64,000 nucleotides of DNA from Lingula anatina (taxonomy: Eukaryota; Animalia; Brachiopoda). This document shows, piece after piece, positions 1 through 11,638 of this stretch. The position numbers were made by a program, and so were the translations under genes. The stretch's first letter is position 1, and every line of letters begins with the position of its first letter. The notes under the pieces were generated by a model. That model was not told the origin of the DNA and did no database searches. It saw only the letters and a list, made by a program, of their open reading frames with translations. The stretch spans positions 7,068,001 to 7,132,000 of the forward strand of contig CM120641.1 of the NCBI GenBank assembly GCA_051362555.1. Direction: 5' to 3'.

Positions 1-12
1 CACAATTTTAAA

Positions 13-1059
13 ATGATAGAACTAAAGGCGAAAAATTTAACAGCATCATGGAAAAATAAGTCAGATTTTGACTTCAGTGCCGTTTATGACATCGATGAAT
101 ACTATATCTTGAGCCCTGTTTTTATATCAATGAGTCTGGTTGGAATTATATTAAATGTTCTCTCTTTTTTGGCTGTAAGGATGGTGGCCCGTAAGGAATC
201 TAGTGTCCATCTCATTTTGCTCCAAAACTTGGCGGTGGCGGATGTTCAAGTGTTTCTGTATTTCCTGATCTTGTCGGTGTTTGACCTGGCTTCTGACGAA
301 TACGAAGATACATCTGTTTTACTGGCAACCTGTTACTATTTCATCATTAGTCTGAGTATAGACATAACTTTAACAAGCTCAATGGGCATTATTCTCGGGC
401 TTATTATCAACATGTATTTTGCCATATGCAAACCGCTGAGGTATATTTCCATTGTTACAAAGAGACGTATTTATACATATCTAACTGCAGTGTGGCTTAT
501 TTCATTTTTCATTCCGTCGTTTACCGTTCTTAGACAAATGCTGCTAGCGAATGCTGACAATCATATGGATGAGGGCCTTCTTGTATCATTTTGCTTTCAT
601 TATATTTCAAACTTTTACAAAGAACGCGGAGTAGATAAGTACATATCGCCAGTTTTCGTAGCAATTTTACTTGTGATAACATTTGCTTTCCAAATACCAA
701 TAGTGCGAACGATTGCAACTAAAACACCGGTGGATGCGACATCTGATTCCACTAAAAACGAAAATGAAAGTGAGATGTCACAATCAAGCGCTGGGTCTGC
801 TCAACTGAGAAAAATTTCAATGGTGAAAATTGTCTGCATATTGTTCGGTTCATTCATCATTTTCTGGAGTCCTTTTATCCTAAGTTCAGTATTTTATTCG
901 AAAATGGACATTACGACATTTGTTCTCGTCCGAGACTGCACGTATGTGTGGCTTGCCTTAAATTCGTTATCAAATCCAATAGTATACGGGATAAGACTGC
1001 GTGAAATAAGGGCTGGATACAAAACTTTATGTATGAAATGTGCTTGGTGGCAACGGTAG
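13..1059 (+). CDS. Intronless rhodopsin-like (class A) 7TM GPCR, orphan
   Basis: 348-aa ORF with seven hydrophobic segments. TM1 GIILN, TM2 NLAVAD, post-TM3 AICKPLRY, TM6 FWSPF, TM7 NSLSNPIVYG; N-terminal sequons NLT and NKS. Confidence 0.9.
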   Translation: MIELKAKNLTASWKNKSDFDFSAVYDIDEYYILSPVFISMSLVGIILNVLSFLAVRMVARKESSVHLILLQNLAVADVQVFLYFLILSVFDLASDEYEDTSVLLATCYYFIISLSIDITLTSSMGIILGLIINMYFAICKPLRYISIVTKRRIYTYLTAVWLISFFIPSFTVLRQMLLANADNHMDEGLLVSFCFHYISNFYKERGVDKYISPVFVAILLVITFAFQIPIVRTIATKTPVDATSDSTKNENESEMSQSSAGSAQLRKISMVKIVCILFGSFIIFWSPFILSSVFYSKMDITTFVLVRDCTYVWLALNSLSNPIVYGIRLREIRAGYKTLCMKCAWWQR

Positions 1060-1656
1060 AAGGTTGACCTCTGCATGAAGAAAGAAAAGCATTTTTATGG
1101 CGAGTATAGCATATGTATTTAGGCTGCAGAGTATAGGACAGTCTACTTCATGAAAAATAGCAAGGCAACCATCAGATATACATGTATGTTGCACCTACAT
1201 TGTAATACGGTGTTTTCAAAGGATATATTTTTGTGATGTATTTGTATTTTATGGTGTCATAACTACAGAAAGAATAAAATAAGTACTTCTTTAGAAATAT
1301 AGAAATGTTTATCAAGTATTTACAAATATTAATTGTGAACTGTTAACTGATAGAATGCACGATTTTAACATTTGTACGGACGTACTTAAGTTCATTACTT
1401 GTTAGATTCCCCATTTTCACTGACAGTGACGTACTAGTTTTCAGAATTCAAATCAATCTTGTGATATTTTAGAACATTTAGTGGTGAAACTTAAGAGAAA
1501 CCAACCATGAAGCCGCACATGTACCACTTACGACGATATTTTTCCTGTAACGAATCTTCTTTGACCATCTTCTTTTTTTCCTGTAATGAATCTTCCAGTG
1601 TCGACTGCGGAAGATAGCACATTTCAACATTTTTGTGGCTTTCAGAAGTATTACAC

Positions 1657-1728
1657 AGGTTTCACTGAGATTTCGACTCGGATCGCTGGATTCAGAGTCC
1701 AGAGTGCTTAACATTACACCATGGAACC
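1657..1728 (-). tRNA. tRNA-Gln(CTG)-derived, probably a pseudogene
   Basis: Reverse complement is GGTTCCATGGTGTAATGTTAAGCACTCTGGACTCTGAATCCAGCGATCCGAGTCGAAATCTCAGTGAAACCT, nearly identical to canonical metazoan tRNA-Gln-CTG. The D-loop GG is lost, the T-loop TTC is changed to TCG, and the T-stem and acceptor stem each carry a mismatch. Confidence 0.85.
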
Positions 1729-1978
1729 CTCTTGTTATGACGGTTGACTGTAACCGCACAAGGAATCTTGTGGTGGACTGATATGACGGAATATTCACAC
1801 TTGAATGCAAGGGAGTAATCTTGATCATGCGTAGGACGTTTTAACAGTTTTTGTAGATACGTATATCACAATGTTCACCACAGTTTTGAATGACATTGGA
1901 TTTCGATCAGGAAAGAAATTTTCACCTTACAAAACTGACCAAAAGCGTATTCATTTTGTTTGGATTTTATGTTATTTT

Positions 1979-2132
1979 CCAGAGATATTTTCTGATAGTC
2001 TTCCAAATTATCTTTGTTGATCCATCGTCCATTTTTGATCGTCTTCCGACAGAAAAATTAGATGCTGGTCATTGTAAACTTGAACAATTCTGACCGTCTT
2101 CCGAAAGACCCAGACTACGGCCTCCGTCCACC
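1979..2132 (+). mobile_element. Truncated MITE copy (same family as 38808-38970)
   Basis: Aligns by eye with 38819-38965 (ccagagatattttctga...gtcttccgacagaaaaatt...tgtaaacttgaa...gacccaga); terminal repeats are eroded. Confidence 0.75.
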
Positions 2133-2969
2133 TTTATTCGAAGACAGACATTTGTTCTGGCACAATATTTCAGTTACATGTTACACGCAGTTTATATATA
2201 ATAAAAGTTAATAAAACCTGTGTTACATGGATTAGGACTGCGTAAAATAAGTGCTGGGCACAAAGCTATATTTCTGAACTGTACTTGGTGACAAAAATAA
2301 AAAATGCATGTGTGCTGAAAGTACTCTGAAAAGCTGTAAAGATTCAATAAAAGTTCTTATTTTGATAAATGATCTCATTAGACGGATTTTCGTTGAGTTT
2401 AGCGATAATCCCGACAATTTGTCTCTTTTATGCACAGCACACTTGGAATAAGTTTTTCCTTCCAAATTTACCCATCAAATATAATACAGGTGCTGAGTTT
2501 ACTTATGAGACGAAGAAAGCCAATATTATGAACAAATAATACAAAAAGTACACAATTATAGAGCCATAAGCATTTATTTATGCGCAGCTTGAGTCGGTGG
2601 CCATGAATACCAAGAACACTCATAGACATATAACAACTCTATTTACAAGTAAAACTATACAAATGATAATCAGGTTTTGCAATATCTTGATGGCTTCGTA
2701 TTGAGGAACATTTTAGACCGTTGAACAACATTAGCTTTGTTCCGTTCTCTTTCAACAATCTATTTTGCTGCTAAAAATATCATCTTTATATCGTCAAAAC
2801 GCCGTAAGAGATAACGCTCTGAGGTAAAAAGCCCACCGTACTGTATTTCATGTTAATGTTATTATTTTCGTTATTTTTTCATCTGCATAACATATTTATA
2901 TCAATGTTCTTGAGAAATAACATAATAAATGGCAATTCAAGAATTAAAAAGCAGCTGGCACTCATATGA

Positions 2970-3221
2970 TTTTTACCTCCGCCAAGGAGGTTATGTTTTC
3001 ACCCCTGTTTGTTTGTTTGTCTGTTTGTCTGTCTGTCATCAACATAACTCAAACAGTTTTGGACCAATTTTGATGAAATTTACAGGAACTGTCAGAAGTG
3101 GGCCAAGGAAGAGATGATTAGTTTTGGGTGGTGATCCGGATCAATAATCAATCAATAATCAATAATAATAAAAAATTGCTGCCTTGGCGGAGGTCTGCGC
3201 TCTCGAGGTGCTTTTCTAGTT
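2970..3221 (+). mobile_element. Non-autonomous Helentron-associated element (HINE/DINE-1-like)
   Basis: Subterminal inverted repeat acctccgccaagg (2975-2987) / ccttggcggaggt (3182-3194), internal (gttt/gtct)n microsatellite, short 3' hairpin, CTAGTT end, inserted in a T-rich site. Confidence 0.75.
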
Positions 3222-3258
3222 TCATGCTTACTACAGTTCTAACAATACATTCGAGATA

Positions 3259-4449
3259 TCAAGTAGGGGCAGCCCCAAAATTTGATCTGTCATCTCCATC
3301 AGTTGAAACCGCCGGTGTACAGTTTGTTAGGTTAATATCCCCGTCCCCAGATCCTGAAGTGGCGCGACATTCACATCGCAAAATGTCTGCAAAGAGCGCT
3401 TTATAACCGGCACGAATTTCTGGTAGCCGTAAACCATACACGATAGGGTTGACCAGGGAGTGCAGCACCAGCCAAACAAAGGCGTAGTTTTGGACAAGCA
3501 CAAGAGTTCTGAAGTCCATTGCTGGATAAAAGGCAGATGCTATGAAACAAGGCATCCAAAATGTCGCAAATGAGCCAAATAGGATCAGTGTAATTTTTAC
3601 CATTCGTCCTATTCGGGAAATGTCATTTTCGGATGTCGCTACGTTTGCTGCAGATTCCACATTGGCGTTATTACTCGGTGGAGATGTTGCAACTCGGCCT
3701 AGGGTTGCAGACGCTCGGGTTGTTCTTCTGATCTCTAAAACTATTCGAATTTGAAGGACGCTTATAATGAAAAATATGATAAGAACGAAAACGGGTAAGA
3801 CGTAAGCGTCGATGTCTTCGTTCATGTAGTTATCATGTATGAGAGTGTAACAATATGCATCGAATAAGCTCCCTTCCTCATATTTTCCTTCAATAGTTTT
3901 GAAATGTTTCCCAACCGCAAAAGCTCCAACAATAAGAAAAGAAATTGTCCAAACTAAAGCCAGGTAAACATAAACTCGCCTTTTGGTGACGATTGAACGT
4001 TGGTTCAATGGCTTGCAGACGGCAAAAAAAAGTTTGATGACAAGTCCAAGAAGAATCCCCATGGAGCTGACCAGAGCTATCTCTGAGATGAAATAAATCA
4101 TGAATTCGCAGCAAAACATAAGCGTAATCGACGTGTCTTCTGGTCCAGCACCCGCCAGATGAACTACAGACACGCACAAAATGCTTACAAACAGCAGTGC
4201 ATCGGCCACGGCCAAATTCTGCAGGAAAATATAATGGATACTGGAGGTGGAAGGTGGCATTCGTCTCAAAACCAGAAACGAAAGTGCGTTGAAAATGATT
4301 CCAATTAACGCTATGCCCAATTGGACATGGAACATAGGCTGCAATTCAGCTATTTCGAGAAGGAGCCGAAGTTCGAACAGCGTGTCATTTGAATCTAACT
4401 TCGATGAAAGGTTATCCTGCACCATTTTATCATATTCAGCAACAAACAT
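3259..4449 (-). CDS. Intronless rhodopsin-like (class A) 7TM GPCR, paralog of 13-1059
   Basis: The ORF-track start at 4497 is TTG; the first ATG is 4449 and a second ATG in aaaATGG context is 4425. Motifs GIIFN, QNLAVAD, SSMGILLGL, AVCKPL, FWMP, NPIVYGLRLPEIRAGYK are shared with the first GPCR. Confidence 0.88.
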   Translation of the reverse strand: MFVAEYDKMVQDNLSSKLDSNDTLFELRLLLEIAELQPMFHVQLGIALIGIIFNALSFLVLRRMPPSTSSIHYIFLQNLAVADALLFVSILCVSVVHLAGAGPEDTSITLMFCCEFMIYFISEIALVSSMGILLGLVIKLFFAVCKPLNQRSIVTKRRVYVYLALVWTISFLIVGAFAVGKHFKTIEGKYEEGSLFDAYCYTLIHDNYMNEDIDAYVLPVFVLIIFFIISVLQIRIVLEIRRTTRASATLGRVATSPPSNNANVESAANVATSENDISRIGRMVKITLILFGSFATFWMPCFIASAFYPAMDFRTLVLVQNYAFVWLVLHSLVNPIVYGLRLPEIRAGYKALFADILRCECRATSGSGDGDINLTNCTPAVSTDGDDRSNFGAAPT

Positions 4450-5075
4450 TCGTATGTCGATAATGTTTTGTGCTTTGGTTATTAAAAAACACCTCAAACG
4501 TGTGTACCGATGTACTAATCACTACATTCTACTTCATCTTCGATGTCGATTTGATAAAGTTTAAAGGCCATAGCTGTAAATATGAAAGCATTTCGCCTCC
4601 AAGAACCTTTTCTTCTGTTTGCAATCCATGGAGCCTGGGGTCGGTTAAAGATGTCTCCTTCGACTAACGAGTTCTCGTTACACCGTCGTTACCGTGCATA
4701 TGATAAGGGATACTTAGCAAAGGACTCTTTAACGAGTTGCCAGCTAGGGACGACTGCATTAAACGAATCCCTGGTGTCCATAACACGGCCGCAAATAATT
4801 AACGAGCATGTATTAGCAGACATCATTCTTATGCATTAAAGGATAAGCGTCAGACCGTCAGAATGGCTTGAACGGAGCATATTCTTCAGAAAACATGCCC
4901 AACTAATGATATCTTTATCCAAATTTACAAACTAGAATTTTTAAATTTTGAGCTTCAAAAAAAAAAAACAAAAAAAAACAACTCCCTATTAGCTAGGTCT
5001 GGGAGTTTATGAGCTACGTGATCACGTGGTCCGATGACGACATACAAACCACCAAAGGAGAGAGCCAGCTTGTTA

Positions 5076-5298
5076 AGGCCCTTTTACACTGGATGGCGTC
5101 CCTTCTGCGTCCAGCAGTTCGGCCCCATTTGAGAGTTAAAGAATTATAATACTTTACGTGCCGACAACTGACCGATCATTGAGCATTCATTCTGATACCA
5201 AATCAATGCTCGTGCCTCCTTATTAAGACCACAGCGATGCCAAATTTCATGGTCGCAGAAAGGACGCAGAAAGGACGCCGTCCAGTGTAAAGGGGGTA
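5076..5298. mobile_element. MITE with about 35-bp TIRs, PIF/Harbinger-like
   Basis: ccttttacactggatggcgtcccttctgcgtcc ... ggacgcagaaaggacgccgtccagtgtaaagggg inverted pair flanked by TA/TAA-rich sequence. Confidence 0.7.
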
Positions 5299-7148
5299 TA
5301 AGTAAGCTGTCAAACTGAGCTACCATAATCTACCTGTAAGATGACTTTTCAAACTACTGATAACAATTCATACCCATTCACCTCCCTTACCTGAGGGGTT
5401 TACATCCTCGTGAAGCCAGGTGCCTGTCTATTCAATTATTTAACTAGCATTTGATTACGGTTATCCCAACAAGAAAAAATACTGCATTCGAATGACTTGA
5501 GGGTATTTTGATCATTCAGTATGTGGTCCATGTTATTTGTGAAATTCAATTCAATTAATTAAATGCTATGATAATGCTATTTTCATACAAAGACAGTTGT
5601 TGAAAACACATACTTTTAATTTATCACTGCCAATACTTGAACATTTTGAGGCAATTTTGTCAGAAAGTTGCTCGTCAAAGGATACAAACATCAAGTCCGC
5701 TACATATCTATAGTAATTGTAAGGAGACGAGGTTAAATTTTGTAATTGGGTACAGAAGGTGCCCGTGTAAAAAAGAAAGGCACTACGTGGCCAATCATTA
5801 TTTGTGATCAATATTTTGATTGCTTTATTCTTACATGTAGTGCTGATTGAAAGAAGAATCTCACAATGACTTGAGTATAAAAGATGTTCATTTTTTATAC
5901 GAGCCCCTGCCTCAGACAAGCTAATTATTCACGGTTGAAAAGACATGAATATAAGGTGAGATATATGTGAAAATCAGCTTGTCTGAGGGTTGGGCTTGAT
6001 ATGTACTCAAAACTTATGTGGACATTTTCAGTCCATATGCTAGCAGGCGGCCATGTTTATTCCTGCCATGAGGTAGCTGCTACATGCTTACATAGGATAG
6101 GTAGACAGACAAAATGTAACTTTTATACAAAAAGAACAACTCAAAAAAAAAAAAAAAAAATGTAGGTCTTTGAAAGGGAAGCAGGGGTTGGAATTAGTAA
6201 AATATTTTCGGTGGCAAGCAGAAAAAGAAAATTCATTTCAGATAATGCATGCTATCAAAAACAGAAAATATGGATGAGAAATGGAATCTAAATACAGATA
6301 GTATATTTCATTTCTAATCTTATTTCATAGATTTAAGAAAGATAAAATGTAAAATGTTCTTCAGATATTCAAAGTTGTATTAATTATGATAATAGCAGAC
6401 GTACATTGTGGTGGCCCCTACTTTATATAGAGATCCTTTCTAAAGAGACCCTCTACACATAGGGTGGGCTTGACCAACCCCACTCCTAATGGGCATGAAA
6501 GTACATTTTGTACAATAAAACTGTTGTGCAAGTACCTCCTTTTACATCTATTTTGCATAAAAAGTAAAATAAAAGGCTGCATCACACACTAGTTTTGTTA
6601 CTTATGACTTAACCTTCCACAACCAGCACTATTTGTAATACATGTCGTACATGTAGCACTGTATTTATTTTTTTTTATGCCCAAATGCTATGAATGGCTT
6701 TTGAAAACCTATTGACTTGGTAAATAGTCCAAACGAGACCACCAGCCTATAATTAATTACCAGACATTTACCAGATAAAGCAAGCTAGCCAGTATACTGA
6801 TGAGCACCTGGCTAGATGGCACACATAGGAGAAATGTTTCCAGATTCAATACCTGGTTAATTCTAAGGTAGTGTGCTTTCATTTGCAGATATCACAAATG
6901 CACATAAAATACAACTCCAATTTACAAAATATTTTGATACTCACATACTTTTATGATTGAATAAATATATATATAAATATACAGTATATATGGGCTCCAT
7001 ATTAACCATGAAGCCCCTTTGTACACTTGTTTCAAACAATATGTTTAATTATGAAAATGTGGTCATCCAATTGAAAAAAAAAAGTACAACAAAAACTGAT
7101 AAGTTTGCACTGATTGTGTATTTTTCATTTGCTCAATCATTTCTTAAA

Positions 7149-10100
7149 TTACTTTGATTTTTTCTGATGATATTGCATGGTCTTTGCTTTCACTGATTTC
7201 ACAAGCAAGGACAAGGATGCATCTTTGTCTGTTTTGGTATTGGTTTCCTTAGCAACAGTGTCCAAGGTAATCTTCTGACTTTTTCTGGGTGGTTCTTCAT
7301 CATTCTTTAAACTAGGTTTTTCTCCTTTTTCCTTTTCACTCCTTTTCTTCACCTTGGCCTCCACCAACTCCTGCATTGCCTTTGTCTTCTTGAACTCTGA
7401 TGCAGACGGATCAATGTTGTACAAATGGGAGGTAAAGACAGCATTGAAGCGGGGGTCATTTACATTCATCTGCAAATGGCAAAAAAAAAAAAAACATTAT
7501 TTTTCATCAAATGTAATATCCTAGGAAATATAGAATAAAATCGCATTTTAAAATCCTGCTAAATGCTTTTATCACTTGCACCATCACAGGAAATAAATTG
7601 GCATTAAAAAATATATCAAATGAATCAACAAGTACACACATGCACTTTCTTTTCAATTTTTCATCACATAATCATTATGTGTGAATACTCCATAAAGATA
7701 ATCTTCATAGGAGACCATTCCAAAAGATCACATCCAAGATAATATTAAGTAATCATATCTAACTCTTCTTGTACCTGAAGCTCACATGTGTTAATGAAAG
7801 CTCCTAATGGGACAATAATAATAATCCATATCTTGACCAGTTAAGACCTTTTAATCACTAATATTTCCTGTGGCATTAACCACAAATATTTTGTATTTTT
7901 ATCATGAAACCAATACCAAAACAGCTCCCAATTTCCTTTTATCAAAATTTTCTCCAGATAATTTTAAAAACAACTGTCATGGAACTAATATAAAAAAATA
8001 AAAGACTTCGTATAGACAGAAAATAAAAACAAACAAATAAAAATATATTTACAGAAATATGGCAGCATTGTAAATGGTCTATAAGTGATGATCTGTCATG
8101 ACAAGATCCAATGAACTGTCACCACAAGATTAATGCACAGGATTCAATAATTTCCCAAAGTCATCAGTTTCAAAAAACATCATAAAATCAAGATTAAGTC
8201 CGTAAAAATGCATTAATTTCTTATGGCTAACTTCTCCTAGATAATAATGATGAAAGGTGAACAATGACTGCATTCAATCACCACATTTCTCCAGAGATGT
8301 TGATAACTGTCATACAATGGTTTCAAAAAAGATTGAAGGGTAATTGTTAGTGTAGAAAAACAACAACTTAACAAATCTTATTTTACCAAAATTGTTACAT
8401 GTGGTGGGAAATTGCCTAAACTGTGAAAGTTATTTATTGAAAGAAATCTACTAGGATAGGATGAATGCACTTGACCCCAAATTTTCTTTCACCACAACAA
8501 TCAAAAATTAATATTAAAGTAAGGTCAAATGGATAATGCATAAAAATGTGTTGCTAATAGATAAAACCAATAAGTGAAATATTTCTTATGGGCAGTTTTG
8601 GCAGGATATCAATAATAATAATAATAATCATACAGTGTTGTGTGCCATTATAGGGTAGTTGGCAGTAATTAAGTTGTAATCTTCCAAAGCTTTCTTTTAT
8701 TCAATAAGCTGAGTCTGACGTCAATATTGTAGGGGTCATTCTTTTCAGTGTCTGTTCTAGAAAACAGGTTTTATATTCATTTTGTACTGACATATCATAG
8801 TCCACAATGCATATAAAATGTTTTGAACCACCACTTGGAAACATTTAATTTACAACTTAATGAAAAAAAACATTCCAAACATACAAGCACAATATCTAAA
8901 GAGACATACAGGAAGGTTGGAAAGATATACATAAGTTCTGCGCGAAAAAGCTTAATGAATATTGCTGCCAGTAGGGTGTGAACAAAAATCAATTTGCAAA
9001 TGGAAAAAGCACACCTACTTAATGTGCAATTGCCAATAATTGTACTTCTGCACAACTGAGGTCTTATTACCTACTTAATGTATAGGACATTGTCATGGGC
9101 TGATATACAATAACCACTTTGTTCAATTTGTGAACCCATATATTATATCTAGCTATATAGCTAGGAGTTTAAACCTGTTTCATCATCATTTGAAGATATT
9201 GTTTCACAAGTTGCAATGGTAAGATTATATATTGTGCATTGTCTAAAACATCAGTTTATAAACCAATATATGTCTTTAGTTTAATCATCCCCACAAATAA
9301 CACATCCAAACCTGACACTGGTCTACTGGCTGTTTTAACTGTTTAAATTACTTAATTCAAGGAAAAAATCCCACTGGGTACTTGGTCAACTCTAACAAAG
9401 CTATTTTTCTCTAAAATATTTTAAAACTCTATTCCACCTAAGCGACTAACAGAAAATACTGTACTGATAATATGACAATAAGTAACACCACTAATGATGT
9501 TTTTTAAACTGAATACACAGTCATGTATGTGTACACACCTTAAAAGTGTCCTCTACATGCTGTTCATCCTTTTTCTTCCTCAATTTTTTCTTTTTCTTCT
9601 TCTTTTTCTCCTGTTCCATGATGCCTTTCAGGCTGAAGTGTTGCTTTTTGTCATCCTCATCCATCAGCAGTAGGGACATCTCAGCCTGTAAGGAACATCA
9701 GAATCTCCTGATGATAATATTAGTACCAGTCAGGGTGAAAAAGTAACTGTTCCTTTTCTAATCTCTCTCTCTCTCTCTTTGTGTGTGTGTGTGTGTGTGT
9801 GTGCATGTGTGTGTGCGTGCATGTGTGTGTTATATGTGTGATTGTCCAGATGACTTTTTGTCTTTTCAAAATCACAATCATTTTCCCATCTATTATCACT
9901 TGCATACTGAACATAGACATACTTTCTGATTTGCTGTCTCTTCATCTTCTTCAAGCTGTCTCTGCTTCTTTTTCTTCTTCACTGATTTACCTTTGACAAA
10001 AAAGACATTACAGAAAGCAATTCCAATTAATGACATCCAACTTAGGGACATTCCCAGAGACTAACGAACTAACTTTGGATCAATCTATCTAAAAGGAGAT

Positions 10101-11607
10101 TCTCACTAAATTGCTATCAACTTAAGTGGCTTAAATGTCTGTAAAGCTTACTAAAGCTGTTAGGGGGTAATTAACTACTGGAGGCCAAGCGTGCATGAAA
10201 GTTCATTACCCCCTGGCTGATTTGGTAGGCGTGACAGCCGTTTAAGTTGATAGCAATTTAGTGTGAATCCCCTTAGAGTTAGACCGATCCTATTGGATCT
10301 ATCTAAGCATCGGAACCCCGTCTTAGATTTTCCAATTATTGTGCATATAACCAGTATCGAAAAACCACAGATGATGAACACTTCCATCTAAATTAATACC
10401 TAAGTAGCAACTTCAAAAAAGAAAAAAGATGACTGAGCTTTTAAATATAAGAGTATTCAAGCTGCATGTAAGTAACTTTGTTCTAGCATAATGGGTAAAG
10501 TATCATTTAATCATTTTATACCCACATCAACATTGGCTATGAACTTAATATTTACATTTTTTTATCATTTGAGCATATCCTGATTAAACAACTAAATTAC
10601 CTTCAATTTCTTCCAGTCCTTCTTTGAAATAGGGGTCATTCATGTCCACACCAGCAGGAATGTCATCATCACTTGACCCAGCCTCATCTATTGTCTTTGA
10701 CTGAAATGACACCATATAGATCTGTTGACTGATGCACCTATACAACATACCAGTACCTACTTTAGTCTATTTTAATAACAGTTCTTTTTGTTATTCTGCA
10801 TTTATTTAGTGCATTTACTTATTTGAGCTCAAAAAATTATAATTCCAATACAAATTTGATCGAAAAAAGGCAATTGAAGCTTAGTGACAATAACTTATTA
10901 ATAATAAAATTCATGAAGTGACAATATGTCAATCAACAACAAAATTGAGAAAAAAATAAAAGCATCTGAAATACCCCCTCCTCAAAACCGCAACAACACC
11001 CATCATTACCTGCTTTTCTTGTTTTTTCACTTTCTTCTTTTCTTTTTTCTTCTTTAGATATTGTTCCCAAGGTGTCAGACTGCCCTTGTCTTCTTCCTTT
11101 TTCTTTAACATATCCTCAGTGGTTTCTTTCAGGCCTGACAAGTAAAATGGTTTGGTTTACTATCTGTTTCTCTACTTTTAAAATAAATATAAGCCTAACA
11201 GTAGTGCTATTTAAATAGTTGCTGAACAAAACATACAAAGCAGAAGAATATTTTTAGTTTAGGAAAATCATGTCAACAACATCAGCCATCTTACCTGGTT
11301 CCCATGTTATCTCCATTTCCATATCCTTCTCCTCTTTCTTTTCATCTTTTTCCTCCACTGTCTTCAGCAAAGCTTTATATTTCTCCAGAGCTTTGTCCTC
11401 GTCTTCTACTGAACCCTCTCCATCACTGATGGCAAAATCAGGTTTTTCAATCAGGTCTCCATATGGATCTGTTGAATAAAAGACATTGTATAACATATAA
11501 TAAAAAAATAAAATATATTTAACTGATTCTCCTGCAATGAATATTTTTTCCTGCATTAAAAACACTACTAACAAAATATAATTTCTATTGAAATAAAGTT
11601 TTTTTAC

Positions 11608-11638
<31 letters not shown>

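Noticed and set aside
6785-6845. CTGATGAG...GAAA hammerhead-like core
   Set aside because: I could not form stems I-III or place a cleavage triplet.
7900-9300. Possible ancient Penelope-like RT/GIY-YIG remnant in the last ESF1 intron
   Set aside because: Only vague 3-5-residue motifs ([11 protein letters not shown]) with many stops; not supportable without a profile search.
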